The notes under the pieces were generated by a model. That model saw nothing but the letters and a program-made list of their open reading frames with translations, ran no database searches and had not been told where the DNA came from. Below are positions 21,297 through 31,711 of a stretch of DNA of 41,760 nucleotides, piece after piece. Position 1 is the first letter of the stretch, and each line of letters begins with the position of its first letter. Made by a program: the position numbers and the translations under genes. Origin of the DNA: Basidiobolus meristosporus CBS 931.73 (Eukaryota > Fungi > Basidiobolomycota); contig MCFE01000728.1 in the NCBI GenBank assembly GCA_002104905.1, positions 1-41,760 of the forward strand. The letters run 5' to 3'.

Positions 21297-21818
21297 GGGT
21301 ATACAGGTAAATGTTTCATTTGGCAAAATTTGTGATCCATGAGCAAAAATTGGCCTAAAATTTATTAGCAGAATCAGCTGATATAGCTGTTTATCTCAAA
21401 AGTGTCATCATAGCAGAGCATGTTGTGATTCCACTCCATCTGAGGCATAGTATGGATGCAGATCTGGTGCTATACATTTGACAGTACTTGGGTGTACAGC
21501 ATAAGCCAGCAGATTGCCAAGATATTGGTCAAATTTAGCCAAACAGTAAAAAATGCATATCTTTTGGCTACTGAATTGAGAGTAAGACATACCAACTCTG
21601 CAAAACCAAAAAAAAAGCTGATGAAGTCCAGGAATGTGTTGCTTGAGAATAATTTAATATCTTCCCAAAAAGTGTCATCAGATGATGACAGAAATATGAT
21701 CTATAGTCCACCAATTGTCAAGATGTGATCAGAGCAAAATTATGTAAATTTCTGCACTCCACAGGACTTGACAACTATGGCTCAGCCTGAGGCATTACCC
21801 AAAACTATCACAGAAATG

Positions 21819-22165
21819 TGTTGTAAAAATTTGTATTTCCACCTAAATACTCACCCAACTTAGTCACTTGGATCATTACCTTTATATCATAGAGAATACT
21901 GACCAAATTCCTTGTTGGGATTTACTTAGAATATTTTCACCAAAATACCAGGAACCCAGTGCATGAAAATTCTCAAAGTTGTCCAAGCAGCCCCAAACTT
22001 TGCACACTTGTTCTTGGGACCTTTCTTAACCTATTCTATGTGCTTGTGATGCCAAGACCATGTCAAAGTAAATACTACTTTTACATTCAATATATTACTA
22101 AGTGAAAACCATATAATCTACTTGTTCTCCCAATTGCTTCCAATATCCCCAAGATTCTTACAACC
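21819..22165 (+). repeat. Solo LTR of Copia family E
   Basis: Homologous to 1039-1387; perfect 5-bp TSD AAATG (21814-21818, 22166-22170). Confidence 0.92.
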
Positions 22166-22249
22166 AAATGATCATTCTAGTATTACAAGCCAGGAAATTC
22201 AATTTGGCCAGTAATGACCCAAATCACAATATGCATGAGGGTACAAACT

Positions 22250-24740
22250 TGGCAAATGCCTATTTGGTACATGCTGTTAAGCACAAGACTGCTAAAAATG
22301 CTCAAAATAGCCCTTGACAAAGCTTTGGAGATCTGCACTGACTGAGGAGTATCAGGCCCTGATGGAAAGTCAATCATGAGACTAAGTCAAATTACCAATC
22401 AATCAAAAAACAGCTTGATGCACATGGGCCTCTAAAATAAAATATATGGCAATGGTACTGTTGAAGAATCCAATTCAAGACTTGTGTCCAAAAGATACTC
22501 TCAAACAAAATGACAGGACTATACAGAGACCATTGCATAGGCAGCCAAGTTTAATATCATCTGCCTAATACTGATTGTTGCTGCTAAATTTAAGTTAACT
22601 ATTCATTAAATGGATTTATATACTAATTACTGAGTTGAAATCTTGATGAGGACATATACCTGGACCAGCCTGATAGGTTTGTTGACTATTTAACTCCCAC
22701 TTGACCTGCAAGCATAAAACTTGATGCAATCTGAAACAATTACCAGGAGCCTGGAATTGCAAGAAAGATTCTCACTTGAAATGATTGAGTTTCCAAAAAA
22801 GAGCAGCTGACCATAGTATCAGTGGCAATTTAAGCAGTGTTAAGGATATAATCAGTGTATCCAGAAATAAACATGATAGCTCAGCTGTTGTGCATCCATA
22901 AAGAAACTCAGTATTGATACCTTTATAGAAGTAATACAATTGCTACACTAAGTATATAGTATACAAGTACTAAATGGAAAACTATGAATCAGCAGCTACC
23001 ACATTGGGGACAAACCTTAACTTGGTCAAAGCACAACCAAATCAAAAGAGCTTGGCACCATTTGAGAGCCCAGAAATCCTGTATTAATCTAAGGTTGGCA
23101 CTTCAATAATTATCATGCTTTAAGCACATCCTGATATTATCATATTCAGAGGGAGCTGTCAGCCACCTTAATCACAACTATGAATATGACCTTAATGCAG
23201 CAGTTAAGTAGATTCTTAGATACCTAAAGGAGCTGCTGATATCTATTTTGGATCAACCTATGAGCTTTCAGACAGGATCTTATAGGACACTCAGATGCTG
23301 ATTGGGGACAAAATACAGGATGCAGATGTACTACAACAGGATAAACCTTTCTTTACTGTGAAGGAGCTACTTCTTTCAACATGGCAACCAACCAGAGCAC
23401 TTTATATGAGTGTATGGCAGCCTGTGAAGCTACAAATAAAGCAATGTGAATAACAGAGCTCTCTCAGTGACTGGGGCTTATGTCAAAAACACCTGCTGCT
23501 TAATTTCAAAATAATACAAGATGTGAGAAATTGGGTAGAAATCCGACTTTTCATGCTAAAGATAATCACATAGATATCAGACATTGTGTTACACATGTAG
23601 CTACAGAGAATTGTTTAGTCCAATAAGTTTACCATGATATTGATGAAACAGTGTGGTGGTATATAGGTCCAAGGGAGAGATAAGTCCAACACTTCTCAAG
23701 TGTTTTGTGTGTGGGGTGCTCACTGGGTGCGGTAACCTCTGGCAAAAGCTTGCTAGGAATACTTGGGTTCTGTCTCTAATCTAATGTAAAGGGGAATAAA
23801 GCCACAAGCTTGTCAAGGGAAAACTATTGAGCTACAATCCCCAACTTAGTTGGTGTCTTAACAAAAGTATGTGCTGGGTTCAGCGTCCTTTGAGATGACA
23901 ATGTACTAAAGCTTCCAAAGTCAAAACAACTGTAAACTCCACCAGCAGGGACTTGATAAGAATGCAGCTGTGGTCAATAGTTACAAAGACAGAAAAGTAT
24001 CTTTGCCTGTACAAGAACAAACTTGGGAAAGAATCAAATATAATAAAAGATACCTACTCTGAGTATTCCTCACAAGTAGTGCCTCCAAGGTCAGTTGGCT
24101 GTCAGCGCGGTTTCCTGGGAGTGTCCTGTGGTCTGGGGTTGGAAGTTCAGGTAGCAGCAGGTAGCAGTGATCACACTAATCAACAAGTTGGTATATTGAT
24201 AAAAGGGATGATGATTTATAGTTGAGGGATAGCCTCCCTTGTGTACTTTTCTCACTGGCTAAGTGATCACTAATCATGGTGTTCCAGAAGGTTCTAAGAG
24301 ACACAGCACATCCAACCAATCAGGAATCAGTATTCTGAAACCTGTGTAACATAGGGATACCATATATTGTATGGAAATGATAAGGATGGTGACACGGGTT
24401 GATCATGTGTCACAGGTACTGGCATGGGTACTTGCCTAATAGAGAAGTACTTATAGCTAGTCATCTTACATAAAGTGGGGGGTAACTTATGCTATAAGGT
24501 AAGCAGGTGTGATAGTCAACCGGCTTATGGGATAGTACTGATTGGGTAAGACAAATGGGATAAAACTAAAATAAGTGTAGTAGAGATATAGGGAAGTAGA
24601 AAATAAGGGAATGAGCACATCTATCAGTGGGTGTCACAGTCATCCCACTACAATGGTTGCAGATATTTTTACCAAAACCATTTGCTACAGATAATTTGAA
24701 ATATCTCAGATCTTTATTGCATACTGACCAATTTCTTTGT
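22250..24740 (+). pseudogene. Decayed Copia RT/RNase H region, interrupted by solo LTR B2
   Basis: Remnants DIYLDQP, LKQLPGAWN, and C-terminal MVADIFTK directly after B2. Confidence 0.7.
23652..24652 (-). repeat. Solo LTR of Gypsy family B (B2, 1001 bp)
   Basis: TG...CA; lacks ~70 bp lying between two CC(A/G)GAAGGTT direct repeats; flanks ACAG/ATGG. Confidence 0.92.
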
Positions 24741-25249
24741 TGGGGTGTACCTGGAATATTTTAGTCAGCCTTGAAGTACCTTGAACATCAAGCTAGATAA
24801 GTTGCTAAAACAGCCCCAAACATCAGTAATGTATAAAGAAATAGCAATAATAATTGGACTGTTGTGTATTTATACAAAAGCTCAGTATTTCTTTCTTTCT
24901 TTAATCTATACCCCTAATATTATTTCACTATTCTCAAAATCAGAACAGCACTTTAACCAAACTGTGTGTACTTATGCCAAAATTATCAGAGGATGCTCCT
25001 TAATGTTGGGAAAATATCCTAAGATAGCACCACAGGTATATTACTCCTAGAACAGTAAAATGTAGAGCTTTGGTGGTAACTAACAACAATTTAACAATTG
25101 TAAATATTACATGTCAAGTCATTGATGTGTAAATACTTCTGAATCAAATGAGTCATCACAAGAGCCTGCATTTTGGAGTCTATCTAGTCAGCACACAATA
25201 TGGAGAGATCAGTTCAAGAAGTTGCTGCAGCTGCAATGAAGTTGATGCA

Positions 25250-28200
25250 GGCTTGAGTAACAACATTGCTGCGCAACTACCCAGTAAATTTTTAGTGGCT
25301 GAATTATACTAAATAGCTCATCAGCTGCTCCATGGAATTCCAATACCCTATAATGGTACCTTGTAGATATCTAAGAACCCACTTGATAGCTGTAATTTGA
25401 TCTGATCCATAATTCAACATGAATTGACCAAGCTTTCCCACAGCTATTGCAGTATCTGGACATGTAGATATCATCAAGAACATCAGGCTGCCAACCACTG
25501 ATTGATAGGGAAAGGCTTGGCCCATGTTTGCACAGATTGGACCCAAGTCTGGCTGGGCTTCACTCAATCTTAGGCTATTTTCCATGGGTGTTGCTACCGG
25601 TTTGCAATTTTTCATTTTGCAGCCCCTAAAATGTACCAGATGTGCATAGACTGATTCAGTGCAAGTTCCTGTGTAATTATTTTAAGTTTTTACATAATTC
25701 TAAGAAAATAGCTGAATTTTGCCAGATCTTTCTTTTCAAACTTGCCAAAGAGTTCTGATTTTGGGTGCTTAAGTGACTCCTGTTGACTTGTAGCTTATAT
25801 CAGGTCTTTCACATATAAAAAATGGATGGTTACACCCTTTTTGGGCTGTTTCACATAGCTACTGTGATCTGCAGTGCTACAAACAACCCAATCTCCAGTA
25901 GATATGTATAAATCTTGTTATACCATGCTCTAAGAGCCTGTTTCAGTACATGCAACAGTCTTTTGAGTCTGCACACATTATTGAGGCCTTTTGGGTCAGA
26001 AAAACAGTCTGGATGCTTTATATATATAGCTTCTTGCAGATCCCTATTGAAAGTGGCTGTTTTGATGTCCATTTTATACAAATCTACACAGTGTATAGCT
26101 GCCAGAGCTAGAATTATCCTAGTGGAGTTTAACATAGCTACCAGAACAAATGCTTCCTTAAGGTCTAGTCCATGGATCCAGGAATTGTTGAAATATTGGA
26201 CTATTTGGTATCATTCAGCAGCTAAAAATTTACTTAACAACTCTAGACTAGTCTTAGTCACTGTAGGACTCATTTACTGCCTTAACTTTGCCACTTTCTC
26301 CAGATATATGATCTTATGATTATTCCCTTATAATCAAGATCAAATTAGCATTATTACCAGACATTATGTACTAACCCTGAAACTGTTAGAATGCTCCTGA
26401 ATATTGAGAAACCCTCCCTACTTAGTGTTACAGCTGTATTACTGCTACAAGGTATAAATACTGAGCTTCTTTATGAATAAACAACAGTTCAACTATTATC
26501 ACTATTTCTTGAAAAGTTCCTTATATCCAAATCACTTCTTAAATTGCAACAGGAATAGCCTTTAGTCACCAATCTTACCATGTACCAATCCTTGGTACCA
26601 TTTGTGGCTATCTTAATCCTGTAGACCCATCTATATTCTCTATGCTTTCTCCCAGCTGCTAAATCTACTAGTTCCTGCATTTTGTTACTCCTTCTGCATG
26701 GCTAGTTGTCACAAAGCACCATCTAGACTTTGCATTGCCAGCTCCAGATTCTCAGGCTTGGCACTTAAGGCAAGATACCGTTATTCATGATCAATGGATA
26801 TCTGCCACCAGGATCCAGGAGTATTTCTTATTCTGGTTGATTTCCTAATAGGGATAATCTGCTCTGATCTGGAACTGGTAAAATTCTCTTCCAAATCTGG
26901 CTGAAGTAGGTATGCATCTTTTTGATTAGTTTTGATTGCATCATGAGGCAGCAGGCCAATGCTATTGGTGGCTGCTGAATCTAAACATCCCTGCTGTTGA
27001 TCAGGTTCTATATTTGGCCATCATACACTCTTTACCCTTTAGCTTCTTTACAGTTTCCAAGAAAGATCTCTTTTCTACTCTGTGATTCATACTCTGAGTG
27101 CTTTATGTCAGGAATGTGATAGAATACATCAGTGCCAGAGATCCTGAGATGCTGAAGGAGTGGTTTTTTGCCCATCTATACTTCAAAGGGTGTGCAATCA
27201 TATAATGTTGTTGTTGAGCATTGACTCTTGACGTATACCGCAGTAGCAAGAGATTCAGCCTAACACTTGTTGTCCGTTCCTTTATTGTATAGGAAAAATC
27301 TTCCCATCTCTACTATTGCTCCAGTTGCATATTTTAATACTCCATTTAGCTGTGGAATAATTACAACAGTGGTCTTTTGAAGTTTTCCTGTAATTGAGCA
27401 GTGTCTGGAAACTCATTAGATCAGTATTGCCCTCCATTGTCACTTCATAGTACCCTCAGTTTACACCAAGTTTGTGGTTCTGTTATTCTCTTGCAGTACT
27501 TGAGCATCTATAGGGCCTCATCCTTTGTCTTGAGGAAGTACTTTTATGTATATCTTGTCTTGTCATCAATGAATATCATGAAATATCTGTTAGCTCCATA
27601 GTAGAGTATTCTGATGAGCCCACATATGTCCAAGTGCACAATAGCCAGTATTTTAGTGGTATAAATGCGTCATGGGCTCCTCATATGTTTCTATGTACCT
27701 TACAGACACTTAATTTGATTGGAATTGAGTAATTTAGACCAGAGACAAGCTGGTATTTCACCAATTGGTTCATATTCTGTTCCTCAATGTGTCCTAGCCA
27801 CTTATGCCACATCTTGCTGCTTGTTTCATCAGCTTCAGCAATGATAAAATACACCATTACAATAATATAGCATTGTCACTTAGATATATTGTGATCTCTG
27901 ATTCCCAAAGCTAGATTTTGTTCTTTTTACTCAGTATTCAGCAGCTTAGCTTTGTAAGAGCAACTTTCTGTCCTTGAGTAGTAGCTTTACTGACTGAGAG
28001 TAGGCTCTTAGCTATTCCAGGCACAAAGAAGACATCAGTCAGTTTTGCTGCTGTTGCCTGGAGATATCACTCATATTTAGCTCAATATACCCACTGGCAG
28101 TAGCCTCCTATTCAGAGTTGTCTCCCAGGTAATCTTTTCTTGAGGGGAATAGTCCTTAAGTTGCGCATCCACTCCCTTATACCAAAAATATGTGGTGATA

Positions 28201-28440
28201 CTCCAGAGTCCTTATATCATGTATTACTTTGGCTACCAGTATTTCTGTACAGTTACAAATAACTGTTCATCAGTAGTTTTATAGTTTATCTGCTCTGGCC
28301 CCTGTTTTAGTATGCTTGTTTCTGCTTGCATTTACTTACCCAGTGTCCTGGCTTCTTATGGTAGTTACAGCAACCAGGTTTTCTTTAGTTTTGTTGCTTT
28401 CCCTTCTTTCCTGGATATCTTTCTGAGCTGATTAAAGCAT
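25250..28440 (-). pseudogene. Decayed Copia internal region (knuckle, IN, RT)
   Basis: IN remnant IVHLDICG...IFIDDKTR...SDNGG; RT remnants RLVTKGYS, MDIKTA, LKQALRAWY, CKPVATPM, YQSVVGSLMFL. Confidence 0.85.
26186..26551 (+). repeat. Solo LTR, family D' (366 bp), inserted in Copia RT
   Basis: TGTTG...CAACA; perfect TSD GGAAT (26181-26185, 26552-26556); TATAAA and AATAAA present. Confidence 0.92.
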
Positions 28441-28459
28441 TATCATGTGGCCAGGGCAA

Positions 28460-29916
28460 TGGATTACATCTAGGATGTACAACAGATAAGTTGAGACTTA
28501 GCACAAGGATTATAATGCTGGGTTTGGATACTTATAAAGTAGTATAATGGTATTGACCTTGTAGTATATGAGATATATATGAAAGCTGATGTGATTGTTG
28601 AATTTTCCATAAATTAGGCATATGACATCTTGGAATTGCATCTGCAAAGATTAGACCACATGATTTGCAGATCCCTGATTCTATAATATACAGGATCATT
28701 TTATTGAAGAATCCTTTACAGGTTGCTGTTAACAATTGATTTGTGCAATATTTTGAAGAAACAGATGGCAATTGATGGCAATTCAATCATATAGTATGGA
28801 GAAATAAATACATCAAGTCAATTGCGCTGAGCTTATTTAACTTACTCTGACAAAATCACTTGGCAACCTTGATATGACCTACTGATCTGAATGGTCATTC
28901 CTCATCAGTTCTGTCAATAGTACTGAATTTCCTTTTGGCACATCAGAGGAGATGTAAACCAAGTACTGTGGACCATCCACTACAAACAACTCAAGGAGAC
29001 TCCTTGTTAGGCTTCTCTGCTATTTGAAGAGTGATTTCCCTACAAGGTACCATCCTGCCATCTATGGCAACAGAAGTCCTAGTAGCTTTCATTCACAGCT
29101 GACAGCAATAGAGAGCCACCTTGCAGAGGGTATGGATGATTTAGAATAAGCTTGGAACACTAGGCCCAATATCTTCAGTAGACTTCTATTTTCCAGAGTG
29201 CTCAGTAGCAGGTCCTGTATCAGGAGTATTTTGTACACCTTCCCAGAGAGGGTTAACAGATATTCAGGAGGACAGAGATGGTTCTACTCAGGCAAATACA
29301 ATGCATGCTGAGTGAAGTTTTATGTACAGACTGAAATTAAAGGTAACATCATCTAGCCTAGTGGGCCATTCACTCAAAGCAGGCTCAACAAAGTGCTCTG
29401 TGTTGAAAATCATTCAGAATTTGTTAGAGTGGCAACAGGTAAAACAAGCTTTACTTGAAGAGGAGAGGATTGTCAGAGATCAGGATGTATTATAGCTTAT
29501 ATAAAGACAAGGAATGGTGTGCTTGGCGGGAAACAGAGGCTGTGCAATGATATACCAGAACATATCCAGTTGAAAGTAGAGCTTAGACTTGAATATATAA
29601 AGAAATTGAGGATATTAGTAGGTAGATGTAGAGGAAGGATATATATATCAGGAAATGGCAGAATGGGTAAAGTAATCACAATACCATTATAAGTGCAATA
29701 CGTCCATACAAGAAGACATCCACTGTGAAAATATGTTGGGAGTATTAAGAAGATTCAATATAGCAAGTAACTCATATTCTGCTTGATATAAGTATGTTGA
29801 GCAAAGTTATCAGTAACTGTACTCTACTGCAGGCATCATTGTAGACATATGAGTGCCAAATGGTGCCATAGAGTACAGAGTGATCAAGCACTCTAAGTAG
29901 GCTGACTCCATGTGGC
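28460..29916 (+). pseudogene. Decayed second copy of the PHIS transposon (opposite orientation); transposase pseudogene ~28874-29760
   Basis: Aligns by eye with the reverse complement of ~14000-12530, covering the ORF2 start, the intergenic region, the whole transposase and the subterminal region. Confidence 0.88.
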
Positions 29917-30230
29917 TGCTGAAATATTGGACTATTTAGTAATATTCAGCATTGAAATCTTACCAAACAATTCTAGACTAGTCTTAGTTGCCATAGGACT
30001 CATTTACTGGCGCAATTTAAGAAGTGTTGTGGATATATGGAACTTATCAAGATGTAACAAAAAAGTTGGATTGTTCTTTCACCATAAAGAAGCCCAGTGT
30101 TCATACCTTTGTAAAAGTAATACAATGGTAACATTAAGTGAGGAAAGCTTCTCAACACACAGGAGCATTCAGTAACAGTTTCAGGGTTGGCACATTATGT
30201 TTGGTAAAAGTGCTGATTTGATCTTGGCTG
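29917..30230. repeat. Family D' LTR pieces: forward 5' part (29917-~30048) then inverted middle/3' part (~30050-30230)
   Basis: Matches 26186-26317 forward and 26335-26505 in reverse. Confidence 0.75.
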
Positions 30231-30245
30231 CATATATGCCACAGT

Positions 30246-30909
30246 GTGCCAGAGAGGCCAAGTGAACCTATACTTGGCCACAGAGTGTGAAACATAGCTC
30301 TGCATCTTCATGCAAAGCAGCCCCTGTGATTTACATATGATGCAGGAGAAAATCTATTTTTTGACGTTTTTTTGTGGATCAAAGCTGTGCAGGATGTGTA
30401 AGAGCACAGAAGAACTGAAGACATGCATCAAGTACTGAATGCCCATGGCACTCTGAATCTAGCTACTGTAGCTTGTAACATGTCAGAAAAATACATGGCA
30501 CTATCATGGTCCACTGGTACTATCTTGCACTATAAGTTCTTTGTACAGATCTTACTTTAGGGCTAATAATCAAGTATAGTACCAGATTGTAACAGTGGAC
30601 CAAGATAGTACCATGTACTTTTCTGGCATGTCACAAGCCACAAGGCTAGATCCAGAGTGTTGTGGGTATTGAGTACCTGATGCATGTCTTCAGTTCTTCT
30701 GTGCTCTTATAACATTGACCCAAAAAAAAAGGTCAAAAAATGGAGTTTCTCCAATGCAATGGGTGAAACACAGGGATGGCTTTGCATGAAGACGCAGAGC
30801 TATGTTTCACACTCTGTGGCCAAGTTGAGCTTCACTTGGCCTTTCAGGCACGCTATAGCATCACTTGGCACTCCTGGCTCAATGTGGCACTATCCAATGG
30901 AACAAGTCT
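30246..30909. mobile_element. Foldback (long palindromic) non-autonomous element sharing the PHIS terminus
   Basis: Arms ~30246-30534 and ~30575-30851 are imperfect inverted repeats; right end GGCACTATCCAATGGAACAAGTCT matches the reverse complement of 12244-12267 at 23/24 positions; left terminus not found. Confidence 0.82.
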
Positions 30910-31270
30910 TATATGTTGTTTCATCTAAGTCAATAGCTAAGCCTTGGAATAATTTTGTAACCATATAATCTCCTGAGTGGCTTGACAAGCAGCCATAATC
31001 AGCTTCAGTGGCAGAGAGGGTCATAGTTGGTGGTTTCTTGCAATTCCAAGTAACCGCTGCATCAGCATAGAGAAGTTCATACCCAGCAGTAAGGCATCTG
31101 TCATTTAGATCCCTATTCCAATCTGAATCATTATAGTCATTAGATCTATACCCACTAGCTGCTCCAGGGCATTTAGGTACCATGTTCATGATAACTTGCA
31201 GATATCTAAGTGCTTGTTTAACTGCTGCAATTTGATTGAATCCATAATTCTGCTTGAATGGACTGACCAT
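30910..31270 (-). pseudogene. Copia RT/RNase H junction fragment
   Basis: DSDWNRDLNDRCLTAGY...AVTWNCKKPPTMTLSATEADY. Confidence 0.85.
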
Positions 31271-31279
31271 TCTAAGGAC

Positions 31280-31600
31280 ACTTTGTAAGTGCCAGACTTT
31301 TGAGAGACTTTGCTAACTTAGTGTTACAGTAGTATTCCCTCAGCAAAGGTGAGATACTGGGCTTTTTATCATTAAGGAACAGTACAACTATTATCAATTG
31401 CTCTTAATAAATTGCTTATATCTAGAATATATACTAGATTGCAGCATGTTATGAGCCCCATTTGCCTTCATCTATACTACAAGATGACCTCTACAAGCAA
31501 ACATAACAACATAAACATCCTACCTGTAAAGGAGACATTTGATGGGAGGACCTACAGACTATACTCACTGAAGTTTAGCTCAACTGGCTGCACTTCCAAC
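31280..31600 (+). mobile_element. Copia 5' fragment: 3' part of a D' LTR (ends 31446), PBS and gag start
   Basis: LTR end matches 26400-26551; TGTTATGAGCCC at 31447-31458; ETFDGRTY gag-like remnant. Confidence 0.75.
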
Positions 31601-31711
31601 TCTTGTGAAAAGAGCTACTTTCTTTCTGGTAATTCCTCCTGGTGATGATGGGATTCAGTTGGTTCCTGGCTTATGGTGATAATTGTCAAGAACTACAGCA
31701 TTTTTCTCATG

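Noticed and set aside
21300-21800. Possible hAT-like transposase C-terminal remnant (STPSE)
   Set aside because: A single short motif among many stops is not enough support.
18944-24652. B1 and B2 as the two LTRs of one element
   Set aside because: The outer flanks (GCAG/ATGG) are a poorer pair than each LTR's own flanks; each LTR individually restores a different host frame; the interior has no B-type gag, pol, PBS or PPT.
29917-31446. One solo D' LTR split by a 1.2-kb insertion
   Set aside because: The flanks GTGGC/TGTTA do not match, the right piece is followed by a PBS and gag, and the middle segment is duplicated in inverted form.
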